Assembly: GCA_964016885.1 (NCBI GenBank)
Contig: OZ024750.1
Location: 48,918,001-48,982,000 of the forward strand
Source: Eledone cirrhosa
Lineage: Eukaryota
DNA: 64,000 nt
Reading direction: 5' to 3'
This document shows, piece after piece, positions 1 through 13,420 of this stretch. Made by a program: the position numbers and the translations under genes. The notes under the pieces are model-generated. The model did no database searches. It worked only from the letters and a program-made list of their open reading frames with translations, and was not told where the DNA came from. Position 1 is the first letter of the stretch; every line of letters begins with the position of its first letter.

Positions 1-2050
1 GTTAACCTTGAGGTAGGGACTTAAACCTATTCAGCGTTCTTGCTTGCCAGTGCTCCCGAACATTTGACAGAAACTTTGTTGAAGGGCCGTGCACATCTGC
101 TCGCGATTAACCAACGAGTACCGTTCGTGGTGTGCTAAAACCGGATGGTGGCTTTGTTGGCACGCCAGCCCTCCGACAACCGGGCCCTTTGAATGGTTTT
201 CAGCCCGTCGTGTCCTAGTACATGTTCCCCAGCTCTGACAACGCAGTCTTTGTTATTAGCGTTGAAGAATCGGTTGAGAGCTAATCCGGTCGCTTACACA
301 TCGGTAACGATGCCTTTTCTAAGCACCTCATATTTGTCTCTACTTAGTTCTCCATTTTGTCTATTCTTTCCTCTCACTATAGCTATTCTAAACTTAACGG
401 ATTATATTTTGATTATAATTTTCAGGTCGAACCACCATTTAGTGTTCACGACTGCGCAAGTCGACGCCAGCTTAACTAATTCGCTAATCCGCTCTCTGCA
501 GTTCTTACGCCCCAGGAGCGAAGCGTTCAGCTTTCAGTAGCCAAGACACTGTCTATGAAATCTAACTATGTTGACGCCGTAAATTTGTGACCTGTGTAGT
601 CGATCAAATTGAAAAGTAGACACACTATTCTAGTCTTATCTATATCGTTACACAAGACCCTATCTAGATACGCTTTGGAAGACATGGTGCGGTTTGTCCA
701 TTTCCACATTTAAGAAATACAGATCGAACCTGTCAGATATTTGGATACGCCAGAGCAAGTTTGCGAGAATGTTACCACCTCCTCCAATATCCGCTACTCC
801 CTCACAGTACCAGTTTGCATCCAACAACCCGTTGCGGTCACCTGCTATCACTAAAGATTGGGACGTTCCTAGAAACATATCCAGTCGCTAGACGAGAACA
901 GGCCGTCCCGCCCCTCTCGGGGAATGCAGGGCTGCCAACCTGAAAGCGTGACCTTCTCCGCTGCTCACGTCCAGCTACCATCATTATACCTTCTGGATCC
1001 AAAAAGATGGTCCGTATCTCCACATCCAGACACCTCAGAAACAACATGGCTACTCTGCCTCCAGATGCAAGATGGCTTGTGGATGCTTACATCTTGAAAT
1101 CGACGAAAATGGGCGGAAACCCCGTGCCACGGATATTCAGGTCTCACTGAGGGCCTCCACATAAATGTTCAGAGATGTGAGGTCGTTGAGCAGGTGGTCC
1201 TGCTTCCAAGTAGACACCAGGCCGTGTGATTTATGCTGCCTATTGTGAGAGAAGGCATTCTCGATCAGGTGGGTGAATCATTCTATGGCTCGGTGTGGGT
1301 ATCTCCACAAGAATATCGGAATATTTTCTTCTTGAAAAGGTTCCTCTATATTTTCTGACTGCCGCGGGGAACTTAGTTTTCATACGTGTATATGCATTTC
1401 GCGTGATTTGGAAAATCTTATCTGTGGTGGGTGTGGACATTTTTGTGGTCGTACATAACTAGTAATTGTTTCTAAGTTAGGCACAAGGCCAGCACATACG
1501 CAGTGTATTACTGGTACTTTGTTTTATCGACCCCGTAAGGATGAAAGCAAAGTTAATATCGCTGAATCGTTGTTAGTAATTTAGTAGGTTTTGGTTGTTT
1601 ATGTCTATTGCTCTGTTAAGCGAGTGCGGTGTTGGTGTTTTTGGTTTTGCTTGCTGTGGTATTGATGTAGGTGGTGATGAAGTTGGTTGCGCTGATGGCG
1701 ATGTACATGTTAGTATGGTGGCGTGGGTGTTTCTTGTGGCAGTAGTGCGGGTGTAAGTGTTAACGGGGATGTGGATGTTGGTGCTGATGGCTTGATATTT
1801 TACTTTTTTTGTTTCCAGGGCCAAGAGAGTGATTTTTTTTTCTTTTGGTTTTCCTCAAGGCGACGGTTTGCTACCTCTCTGCGGCACCACACTCAGTGTC
1901 AAACTGTGTCATGTCAGGGAGGAGTACATTTTCTACTGGCGTTGGTGCTTTTGTTGGTGATGGATGTTGTGGCTTTGGTTTTGAAGGTTTTGGAGCTCGT
2001 GCCAGTGCTGATTTTGGTGACAGGTGTTTTGCTACAGTTGCCGCAGATGT
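1..2050 (-). mobile_element. Degenerate Tx1/L1-clade LINE relic (ORF2 endonuclease/linker region plus ORF1 3' remnant)
   Basis: Minus-strand fragments (LVIAGDRNGLLDANWYC, LDVEIRTIFLDPEG) parallel the APE endonuclease at 25518-26783; many stops and frameshifts. Confidence 0.7.
1463..1567 (-). mobile_element. SINE 3' fragment
   Basis: Reverse complement of the 3' half of the SINE at 44887-45071 (ttaggcacaaggccagc...ttttatcgaccccgtaaggatgaaag). Confidence 0.8.
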
Positions 2051-3800
2051 GAAAATGATAGTGAAGAATTATAAGAGATTATTATTATTGGGAGTCGCAT
2101 GGATAGAATGGATAGATTATAACAAGGCGTATGATAAGTACCTCTCAGTAGGATTGAAAAATAAACGGAATTGTGAGGAATGTCAATAAATTTGAGACAG
2201 TTGATTAAGGAGATTATGAAACTGTAGAATGCTGAAGTAATCGCTGGCAATGAAACGTTCGGAAATGTAGAGATAAGATGTGGGATAATCCAGGGAGACA
2301 GTTTGTAATAATTGTTGTTTGGGGTAGCGATAATTCCACTGACACCAATGTTGAGAAAGATAAAGATATTTTATGGACTAAAGAAGGGAATAGAAAGGGT
2401 CAAGGAACTCCTCTTCACGGACTATCTTTTACTGTGTGCGAAAGGTGATCAAATCGACAGCTTGGTAAATGCCGTTAGAATATTTTCAGGTGATATCAAG
2501 ATTGAATTCCGTTTATCAAAAGGTGTTGTGCTGGATATGAAGAGGGGGAACGTTGTTCAGAGAAATGTAATTGCCATGCCAGACGGTAACATCATGAAAT
2601 GCATAGAAGAAGTAAAAGTATATAAACATCTTGGGATATTGGAAGCAGGTGGAATAAATGATGAAGTGATGAAGGATCAGGCAAGCAAAGATTACGGAGG
2701 ACGATTGAGTACAATAATCAAATCAAAACTCAACGCTCGGAATAATATCTCTGCTTAGGAGCAATGTCTATCATTAGATATATGGTTCGCATCATATATG
2801 GTAAACAGGCTGATTTAGGTGATTTGTGGTGCAAAATGAGGAAGATGTTGACAATGTATGGAGCACATCACTTCAAGGCAGATGTGGACTGATTTTATAT
2901 GAAACGAGCAAATGGAGGACGAGGGTTCATCGGGATAGAAGTTTATATTAGAATAAAATGGAATGCTTACAGCAATATTTACGCGCGGGCATGCAGGCGT
3001 TACTGATGACAGTAAAAAGAGCAGAATTGTTTCGAATTAACACTGATAGCAAAATAAAGAAAACATACAACATATATATATATAACTGCATACGTGGGCA
3101 AAACACTACCATGGGCAGTTCAGGAAAGCAGGGATAACATGATGGGATTGGCTACAGAAAGGATATTTGAAAAGGGAAACAGAGAGCTCTATATTTACAG
3201 CGCAAGATTAGGCAATTTTCACCAATAAGTTCAGAAATGCAATGAATGAAGAAAGTGTATCTCATCTGTATCTTGTTTGTGTGGCAGTGAAGATAAATGA
3301 GTGACACACATCATTTTCTCTGAGTTTCAGAAATTTGTCCAAATTTGTATACGAATATGAGGCCTGATATAGTGTGGCCAAAGTTATCTAATGAGGACTG
3401 TGGGAGAAGTGGGAATTTGAGTAGTCAGACAAATGGTAAATGCATCAGTCGGATGAGCGACTAGATCATAACAGACCAGACTTCACTATAATCTAAAAGA
3501 AAAACAAAACGTGTCAGTTGATAGATACAGCATGTTCATTTGATACAGGCATAGACGGAAGAGAAGAAAAGTGTACAAATTAAGGCGGCCTGATGTATTA
3601 AATTTCAGGAATGTGAAAAATAAAAGAATGTGGAAGTGATAGCAGGGATCATTGGCGCCTGAGCGAGGATCACAACACATTACGCTGTATCAATAACAAA
3701 AAATAAGCATGCATCTTATAATGTAATTATTAAAGAAACCCTATTTACTTTGCACTGCTAGATACATAATACAACTGAATGAAGTCCGCGGTCTTGACTA
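2050..3800 (+). mobile_element. Degenerate R4/Dong-like RLE non-LTR retrotransposon relic
   Basis: WIDYNKAYD, GIIQGDSL and YKHLGILEA motifs parallel the intact element at 30159-33551. Confidence 0.75.
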
Positions 3801-3850
3801 AACCAAGAATTAAATCAATACTGAGGGAGGACATGATAATACAAACTACA

Positions 3851-4640
3851 ATAACTGTTTCTACTGTTAGCACAAGGTCAGCAATTAACCCGGTGCATTA
3901 ATGGTGTTTTATGTTATCGACCCGGTAAAGATGAAAGGTAAAGCTAACTTCGGCGGGATTTGAACTCAGAACCTAAAGGGCCATAATTCTATGCTGCAAA
4001 ACGATGGTGTCTGATGCTCTACCGATACTGCCAATCCACCGTACTACAAAAATAAAAAAAATATATAATAATAATGATTTCTAATATAGACACAAGGTCA
4101 GTAATTAGGGAGCAGGCAGTCGTTTAAATCAACCCCAGGATGTTACTGATGTTTTATTTTAACAAGCCCGTAATAATTGTTTCTACTTTAGGCACAAGGC
4201 CAGAAATAACCCAGTGCATTACTGGTACTTTATTTTATCGACCCATAAGGATGAAAGGCAAAGTCAACCTCGCCGGGATATGAACTCAGATCGTAAAGGG
4301 ACATAAATATGCTGGAAAGCATGGCGTCCGACCCTCAACCGATACTGCCAACGTAATAATTGTTTCTACTTTAGGCACAAGGCCAGCAATTACCCAGTGC
4401 ATTACTGGTACTTTATTTTATCGACCCCGTAAGGATGAAAGACAAAGTCAACCTCGGCGGGATTTGAACTCAGATCGTAAAGGGACATAACTATGCTGGA
4501 AAGCATGGCGTCCGACCCTCTACCGATACTGCCAATCCACTAATAATGAAAGGCAAAGTTAACCGCGACGGGATTTGGAACTCAGATCATAAAGGGCCAG
4601 AACTCTCTGCTGCAAAGAATGGTGATACAGCCAATCCAAA
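3851..4640 (-). mobile_element. Head-to-tail array of about five full or partial SINE copies
   Basis: Repeated taattgtttctact...ggcacaaggcc...gatgaaaggcaaagtcaacctcggcgggatttgaactcag units starting near 3851, 4075, 4174, 4357 and 4545. Confidence 0.85.
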
Positions 4641-4905
4641 ACTGTTGGTGGTGACGTTTTGTGTATGATTTATTTTTTTAGAAAACTGGATGATGGAGCG
4701 CATCTACCTGGAATTGAAAGAAACCATGTTTTATAACAGGATCTATACTTGCTTGTGCACGTCCGTAAGCATGTGTGTGTGTTATTTTACGTCCTTACGA
4801 AGATAAAAAGAAATATGTGTGTATATGTGCAATATATATATAAGTAAACTGTTTCTATTTTCGTTGTTGTAGTGGCTTTTGTAGCAACATATATCTGGTC
4901 GCAAA

Positions 4906-4972
<67 letters not shown>

Positions 4973-5031
4973 ATGTTGATTTAAACTGCACTATCAACAA
5001 GTGTTTTTTTAGCCTTCATATCATGTTCTCC

Positions 5032-5100
5032 TGTTTTATCTGATGAAAACACAAATATTATTGCTTGATGATGTTTGTTTTTGAAATGCGCATAATAACA
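5032..5100 (+). ncRNA. Minimal type-I hammerhead ribozyme motif
   Basis: CTGATGA (5040-5046), stem II aaacacaaatatta/tgatgtttgttttt, GAAA (5083-5086), palindromic tgcgca, TA, then ataaca partly pairing with upstream tgttttat. Confidence 0.6.
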
Positions 5101-5132
5101 TATATGGAACTCCTTTAACCATCTTTTGATCT

Positions 5133-5177
<45 letters not shown>

Positions 5178-5294
5178 ATCTCTGATGATATGGGATCGAT
5201 TGTGCATTGGATATCGAATGCTCTACTAAATATATAATATTATAGATGTAGCGAGATCTAGGCAAATAGATGTCTATTGAAACGTACGTAAGAA
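5178..5294 (+). ncRNA. Degenerate hammerhead-like motif with long stem II
   Basis: tct-CTGATGA (5182-5188) ... GAAA-cgtacg-TA-aga (5279-5293); palindromic stem III, weak stems I and II. Confidence 0.35.
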
Positions 5295-5337
5295 CCGAAT
5301 AAATCTCTTTTACTGCATCTTTCTGTTCTTTTTAATT

Positions 5338-5432
<95 letters not shown>

Positions 5433-5735
5433 AAGTACAGAATAATCAAAACTATGTTCAAAACATGTTATTGCTAACAATCGTTTCTTCCAACCTTTCG
5501 TTTGCTTTCATCGGAACATTAGCAAGGTTTAGACATATAATTAACTTCCTATTCCACAGAACAATCTTAAAGACACCTAAATTCTTAAATTTATAAATTT
5601 AATTTATAATAAATTGGAGTGAAAGCTAGGGTGCGTGTGTTTCTTATTGGCAACATGACCCTGTCAAAGCATAACAATATATATATATATATACAAAGAT
5701 ATTAAATAAATGGAAACTATGTTTATAAAACCCTA

Positions 5736-5801
5736 TATTTTAATGATATATATTTCAAGGGCAACCAAGGTAACCTTAGTGAGCTTTCATCAGATAAAAT
5801 A
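5736..5801 (-). ncRNA. Minimal type-I hammerhead motif (left arm)
   Basis: Minus strand: tattttat-CTGATGA-aagctcactaaggttaccttggttgccctt-GAAA-tatata-TC-attaaaata. Confidence 0.6.
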
Positions 5802-5932
5802 CAAAGTGAGTTTTATAAATAAAGACATATCCATGATAATCAACCTTATCGATCGGAAATTCACTGGATAGTGAATTTCCGACCTATAAGGTTATTATCA
5901 TGGATATGTCTTTATTTATAAAACACACTGTG

Positions 5933-5997
5933 TATTTTATCTGATGAAAGCGCACCAAGATCGTTTTGGTTGCCCTTGAAATATATATAATAACATA
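5933..5997 (+). ncRNA. Minimal type-I hammerhead motif (right arm)
   Basis: tattttat-CTGATGA-aagcgcaccaagatcgttttggttgccctt-GAAA-tatata-TA-ataacata; predicted cleavage after 5989. Confidence 0.65.
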
Positions 5998-6149
5998 AAT
6001 ATGGTTTTATAAACATAGTTTCCATTTATTTAATATCTTGGAATAGTTACTCGACTAAACTGTTGAGTGATCTAAATAAGTTATAAGCATTTATGTTTGT
6101 CGGAATTCCAACAAATTACATACAAAATCTACATATATATATATATAAG

Positions 6150-6945
6150 TATAATTCAGCGAGAATCGTAATTCGGCTGGTAGACAAAGCGAGACCAAAC
6201 GCAAAATCGTAGAAATACTGGCAAGCGCTCAATAGTTAAGAAAACTAGAGCTAAACAATATGTTAAAACGCCATACAAACTGGAAAAGTGGTTAAGATGG
6301 CATTAACCACCTAAGCCTAAAAAACAAATCAAACTAAACAGGTCAAACAAAATAAATGATAAAAACCGACCTAGACCCAAATGGAAATTGATGGTAACAT
6401 CAAAATGCAGAGTTTCTATGACACCTAAATCAATAATACTGTCTGCTTATAACTATAAGCTTTCAGCATAAATATCGAACAAGGAATATCACGTTATCAA
6501 CAGGTACTTTTGCTCTGTAACCAACTTTGCGAGTGACGCAGAACTTTGTAAACGCACATGCGTAAGTCACAAGGGGAAATCCCCCATATTTCGGCAAATG
6601 AATTCAGTATGTGTATATCATACAAAAAATTGCATAGATAGCACAAATCGAATAAGCACCCAACCGGGTAGTTTTTTAAATAAACTTATGCAATTAATCT
6701 GTCAATAGAATTATTAACATGTTAATTGTAAGACTCGGGAGATTAATACAAATATAATTCAGCGAGAATCGTATTTCGGCTGGTAGAAAAAGCGAAACGA
6801 AACGCAAAATCGTAGATTATATTAAAAGTCATATAAACTGGAAAAGTGGTTAAGAAGGCATTAACCACCTAAGCCAAAAAACAAATCAAGTTAAGCAGGT
6901 CAAACAAAATAAATGATAAAAAGCGACCTGGACCCAAATGGAAAT
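6150..6945 (+). repeat. Pair of ~200-240 bp imperfect direct repeats (6150-6388, 6753-6945) between (TA)n tracts
   Basis: Both run from tataattcagcgagaatcgta to gacccaaatggaaat. Confidence 0.75.
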
Positions 6946-8008
6946 GTATGGTAGATATATATATATATATATATACTTATATCAAAAGTATGTCCATAGA
7001 ATCATTTGATAAAATATATACACCATTTCCTCTCCCAATTAGCATAATTAACCACATAAAAAATCGATTAGACCAGGCTATAAAAATAAAGGCTCCTATG
7101 AAGAAATATTTGATAAATAAACGACAGCAGCCTCTTCGCCGCCGACCGCACTAGACTATTTACCCCACATTTCAACAGCATGTAGAAATCGACTAAATAT
7201 ACCGTTAACCAGACACAATTAGGTATAAATATGAAAATTGCGAACACTCTTACCATGATTGTGTCAGTGTTGTCCCATTCATGTATGTTATTGAAGATGA
7301 AAAGAAAGACTGTATTCTCATCTAATGTAGACCACACAAATTCTACTCAATGATAAATACTTCGGCGGTCAGATAAATACTGATCATTACGGCCACCTGA
7401 CCTATATTGGTGATAAACACCGGCTTATCTTTAAAATTGATACAATACACCCTACGACATGCCAAACTTATACTTCTGCTTCATGTCAGCTAGTTTTACA
7501 CGCCGAAATCTTAGATACACTATACCCCCCACCTAATGTAATGTCAGGGTCTCCTCAAATAATTTATTACTAGCATTGTTGTAATTGTTGTTATTGTTCT
7601 ACCTGAATGCCATTACTACTTCATATAGTAGCCTGTATATTCCATTCATGCCTGTATATTCTCTTCATTCTCGCATGCTCCGAAGAACTGACTGGTTATA
7701 ATTTTGTATTGGCGATCGAGTAACGTGAAAACAAGCGAATAGCGATCTCTAGACCTACCAGTTCAGAGAAACAATTGTCAGCAATGAGATTAAAAACCTG
7801 TTTTGTATTGCAAACCATGTCAATCTTCTTTCCTGATTTATTATTACTCCAAGTGTTTACAACATAGGAATTGCAGCATACTCGCAACATCACTATGAAT
7901 ACGCCTTGTTGAGTCAAACCAAGCCTAGCGTTGATATCATCCACTACCCGGAATACCATAACTGGACTACACCTAAGGGGACTGGATATAACTATTATTT
8001 GTTACCCC

Positions 8009-8767
<759 letters not shown>

Positions 8768-9413
8768 ACAGATAGAAAGAGAAGTGAATAGAGAGAAATG
8801 TATGTGAAGTGAATTTAAGACAGAATAAACTGGAGAAAATTACATCCGAAATACTGATTAGCTGTCGGAGGATTTTACTGTCCTGATATGTCTTCATGTA
8901 GCAGTGATCATATGTGCACATATAAAGTATTCAGACCCGTTATTCAAAAGTGATTCTTTGAACAATATTCGGAGATATGAAAGCCACTAGCCATCATATA
9001 TAAAGGCTGCCATTTTTATTTGTTTATTATTATTCTTTCGTCAAATACATATTTATGTACTTTGAGCCCTGTCTTAATGTGTTAGTAGTAATCCCAAATA
9101 AGGCATGTGTAGTTGTGTCAGGCTCAACATCGTATTTCTAACGACCTCCTTGGTTAAACAGTGTTTGTTTAGTAGATACTAGATTTGTGAACAGTACATA
9201 GAAACGTGTTTTTGAGTATCGTTGTATGTTCGTTCCCAGCAATGTTAGATTTGCTTGAGTAGGTCAGTTTAATTGTGTATCTACTAAGGATGGGATAGTA
9301 TTTGTTTGTGTGGAAGATTGCTTCACCATTTGTATAACATATCAAGTAGCTATTGAGACAGAGATCGTGAGTTCGTGGTATGCATTGACCAGCGAATGTT
9401 CATAAGAATATTG

Positions 9414-9422
9414 AAGGTAAGT
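9414..9422 (+). promoter_or_regulatory. Candidate splice donor of a 5'-UTR exon for UGT-A
   Basis: Consensus AAG|GTAAGT about 960 nt upstream of the UGT-A acceptor. Confidence 0.4.
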
Positions 9423-9854
9423 TGTGAGTATTTTAGACGGATGACTGTTTATCTAAAACCATTCATGAAAAGGGTGTGGCCGCAATATCGTTCTAAATTC
9501 ATAAATATCTTCTAATTAGCGGAATGTTTAGATATTCTAAATGAAATGTTCCAAGGATTGTTAGAATGCATGTTGTTCTATTATAGTTATTGTAGTGGTA
9601 TTAGAGCAAACATGTTATGTTCAATGTCACGGGGGAGAAATATTCTAGTAGTAACTTTCATTGGATTGTAACATTGCAGCCTAGTTTATAAAGTAGAATT
9701 GAGGAAGCTGACAAACTGCATTCGCAGTAAGAGGATTCAGCATGTTTATTGTGTAAAGAAATATTACACGGTATACTACATACCTAATTAATGAGAACTG
9801 GGTTTCCATATTGTACATCACATCGACTAATTCGTTTAAGTATACAAGTAGATA

Positions 9855-9885
<31 letters not shown>

Positions 9886-9935
9886 CTACCTATCTATATT
9901 TCTCTAGCCCTTACTATATATACAGGGAGCGAGCG

Positions 9936-10027
<92 letters not shown>

Positions 10028-10350
10028 CTAACCCATACATTAGGAATCACAAACATAAAACATCAATTAGTTTTATGCGTATGACATAATATTTGCACAT
10101 CTGAACATGATATAATTTATATTACTATTTCAATTAACCTTGATTAAGTGTAGATATGTTGAGGATTGACTTGTATTTCAATATAATTGGTATTGACTCC
10201 TCACCATTGAAAAATTACAATGCAAAATATATATGTATTTCTTCTGTATTTAAACAGGTTTAATTGAGAATTCCCTCAGAATAGCTCGTGATTAATAATT
10301 TTCCAATTCACTTACAAAATCAGATTAACTATTTTTTTAAATACTCACAC

Positions 10351-10377
10351 CTAATCCTCTTGTAATCTATCTTCCAG
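10351..10377 (+). promoter_or_regulatory. Splice acceptor 21 nt upstream of the UGT-A ATG
   Basis: ctaat branch-like site, pyrimidine tract and cttccAG; homologous acceptors end at 36243 (B) and 40084 (C), and a different one ends at 45119 (D). Confidence 0.65.
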
Positions 10378-10398
10378 GGAACGATTTCGTAGAAAATA

Positions 10399-11910
10399 AT
10401 GAAGAGCTTATTCATCATTAAAGTGCTACTATGCACTGTTATCCATATACTGACAGTTAGCAGTGAAAATATTTTATATCTGTCATGGCCTAGCTATAGT
10501 CATGTGAATCCAATGATTTCCATAGCAAAGGAATTAAGCAAATATGGACATAACAGCTATTTCCCCCTGAATGAAAAACTCACTAACACGTTTCAATACG
10601 AAAAAAACTTACATTATATACATATGGATGAAATACCCGAACTGGATCATTTACAATCTGGAATACAGAAGCAAGTAGGCTCAAAAAATATATTTGCAAT
10701 GCTAACTCTATTTAAGATGTTTCCTATGATGTGCGAAAAATTTATAACTAATGAAAAATGGATCGAATCTTTGAGAAACGTCAATGCAAGTTTAGTTGTT
10801 GTCAGTGGAGTATTTATGTCAAATTGCCTGACAATAATTCCTTATAAACTCTCAATACCGTTTGTTTTCACAGGATCCATGATATTGCCTAGTGTCCATC
10901 GTATTCCATGGGCGCCCAATGTTTTCCCTAATGCAATGACCGGATTCTCGAGCAAGATGACATATTTCGAAAAGTTAATAAATACTTTAGTTTCTATTAT
11001 TGACTACACTATTCCTCCAATTGTATCTCCTGCACACAGTATCAAAACATACGCTAAAGACAAGCCTGATATTTCTTTCACTGATTTACTTCATCAAGTA
11101 AGTTTTTTTTTAATTGACTCAGATCTTCTGTTGGATCCTCCTCTACCACAACTTCCAAATGTAAGATATGTTGGAGGTCTTGCTACCAAACATTCATTAC
11201 CATTGAAAGGAGCATTACGGACATTTGTGGATGCTTCTAAAAATGGAATAGTTCTAGTATCATTTGGTAGTAACATCGTTGATATCCCATATAGTCAATT
11301 AGAAAAACTACAAAAAGCTTTTAAACAAATAAAATATGATGTTGTGTGGAGACAGAAAAAAACATTTTCTCATAAGAATATTTATCTAAGTGACTGGATT
11401 CCACAGAATGACCTGCTTGGACATCCAAAAACTAAGTTGTTTGTTACTCACTGTGGAAACAATGGTCAGTTTGAAGCTTTATTTCATGGTGTACCAATGT
11501 TAGGAATTCCTATATTTGGAGACCAACCTTATAACGCACGGCGAATGACCAATAAAGGATATGGTCTTTCCCTAGACATAGAGAACTTTTCTACTGAAGA
11601 ATTGATAGAGAAAATTAATGAGTTGATGGAAAATGATACATATTCTAAGAAGATTAAAAGAGCTAGTGAAATATTTCATTCTCGTCCTGAACATCCAGCG
11701 AAGAAAGCAGCCCGCCATATCGATCACATTTTAAAGTATGGTGGAACATATCTAAAATCTCCATGTCAAGAGAGTCCGTTGTGGGAATTTCTTATGATCG
11801 ATGTATTGTTTCCTATATTTGTAGTAACATTACTTCTGATATATTTCATATATCTGATTGGGAAAAAATGTATATATTTTTGTTCGAAGAGGAAAGCTAA
11901 AACTGATTAA
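10399..11910 (+). CDS. UGT: UDP-glycosyltransferase (GT1 family), copy A, 503 aa
   Basis: Signal peptide, SH motif, UGT signature WIPQNDLLGHPKTKLFVTHCG...EALFHGVPMLGIPIFGDQ, C-terminal TM helix and KxKxx ER-retrieval tail (KAKTD). Confidence 0.95.
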   Translation: MKSLFIIKVLLCTVIHILTVSSENILYLSWPSYSHVNPMISIAKELSKYGHNSYFPLNEKLTNTFQYEKNLHYIHMDEIPELDHLQSGIQKQVGSKNIFAMLTLFKMFPMMCEKFITNEKWIESLRNVNASLVVVSGVFMSNCLTIIPYKLSIPFVFTGSMILPSVHRIPWAPNVFPNAMTGFSSKMTYFEKLINTLVSIIDYTIPPIVSPAHSIKTYAKDKPDISFTDLLHQVSFFLIDSDLLLDPPLPQLPNVRYVGGLATKHSLPLKGALRTFVDASKNGIVLVSFGSNIVDIPYSQLEKLQKAFKQIKYDVVWRQKKTFSHKNIYLSDWIPQNDLLGHPKTKLFVTHCGNNGQFEALFHGVPMLGIPIFGDQPYNARRMTNKGYGLSLDIENFSTEELIEKINELMENDTYSKKIKRASEIFHSRPEHPAKKAARHIDHILKYGGTYLKSPCQESPLWEFLMIDVLFPIFVVTLLLIYFIYLIGKKCIYFCSKRKAKTD

Positions 11911-12099
11911 AAGATTTTCTTTGTTAAACAATACTGTTTTGTTTAATATAAGGCAAGTGTAGAAATAGTTGGTTTAATTTTATGTTAGAGTTTTGATATG
12001 TTCTTTTTCAATAATAAACTAATCAACCTCACATTTATATAGTTGTTTTCAGGTAGATTTAAGTACCATATCTAAATATATATTATGTTGTTCGTTTCA

Positions 12100-13420
12100 C
12101 ACTGCAGAAGAAAGGAAAGATACGACTTGCAAAAGCAAATATAGAAATATACCTTCCACGAACAGAAGGAGGAAGGGTCCTTCTATAAATAGATAACTGT
12201 TATGAAATAACTATTGAAAGATTACAAAAGAATATGTAATGACGATAAAAGAAAATTAAAGGAAATAGGTACAACATATGAACAAAACGAAGATGTGTAC
12301 TCATTCACCAACGTGGCCTATAAATTCTCAGCAGAAACCAGAATATCAAATAGATGTGAGGAAAATGAAGACAAACAAGAAATTATATCAAAATAGCAAA
12401 AACTATTAAAATCTAACCAGAAAACAGTCATTTAGAATGCTATGATAAACGATCGCAAAGAAAATCCTTATATGTTTCCTATCTGATAAGGCTGAATAGA
12501 GAAGGAATAGACAAGCAAAAATCACAAAACTTCCTCCGAAGCACTAGACTAAAGGACAAGACGGAAGGGCTTCTAATCGCAGCACAAGACCAAAGCCTCC
12601 TAACAAGAAACAACCAAAAATACATAACAAATCGAAAATAGTACGTATCTACAGAATATATGGAGGTGGGAAAAATCATTAGCCTCATCATCTCAGGCTG
12701 CCCAGTCTTAGCCAATGAGGTATTCATCAGCATATATAATTGTTTCTACTTTAGGAACAAGGCCAACAATTACCCAGTGCATAACTGGTACTTTATTTTA
12801 TCGACCCCGTATGGATGAAAGGCAAAGTCATCATTTGCGAGATTTGAATTCAGAGTAAAGGTATACATCAACAGATATAATAGTGATACGACATGTATAC
12901 ATTGGAAAATAAGTCAACATTATGAAATACGACCGGAGAGAAAATGTTACACTAACACACCAAAACAGGCATCAGATAAAGACCAAGCAACCATTCTCCG
13001 GGGTATATCAATACATAAAGATAGGGAGATCAAAGCCAATCGAAAAATATGATAGTTAAATTGTATCAAACCCCTTAGACAATAAGATATCTAACAAAGA
13101 AATGTAGAAACAATCCAGATATATAGATATGGTGATAGAAATAAATGTGGATGATAAAGACAGAAAAAATACATATAATAATAGGAGCACCGAGAATGAT
13201 AAAAACAACCAGACTTACAAATATATGCAACTTAAAAAAATAGTACTACTAAGGATTGCAAACATATTAGGAAGAGAACTCTTAAGACCATCGAACAACA
13301 GCGCCAAAATCCACAGTGCGCATACCCAAAGCGTACAAATATGCAGTCGCTAATGCAGTGATACTACGCAAAATAATAATGATAATGATGATAATAATAA
13401 TAATAATAATAATGATAATA
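12100..13420 (+). mobile_element. Heavily degenerate R4/Dong-like relic with (TAA)n-like tail and an antisense SINE fragment at ~12737-12855
   Basis: KTEGLLIAAQDQSL motif near 12557-12600, IVLLRIANILGR C-terminal motif, tail at 13372-13420. Confidence 0.6.

Larger units (their letters stand above)
5696..6039. repeat. ~345-bp imperfect palindrome with a hammerhead motif in each arm
   Basis: Arms 5696-5865 and 5870-6039 are reverse complements around a 4-nt loop (ggaaattcact-ggat-agtgaatttcc). Confidence 0.9.

Noticed and set aside
3851-4640. Regularly repeated units resembling a CRISPR or tRNA array
   Set aside because: Units are ~185-bp SINE copies with no unique spacers and no evident cloverleaf; context is eukaryotic.
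10399-11910. Horizontal transfer from bacteria as the explanation for intronless UGT coding regions
   Set aside because: The proteins have the animal-type signal peptide, TM anchor and dilysine tail, plus upstream splice acceptors.
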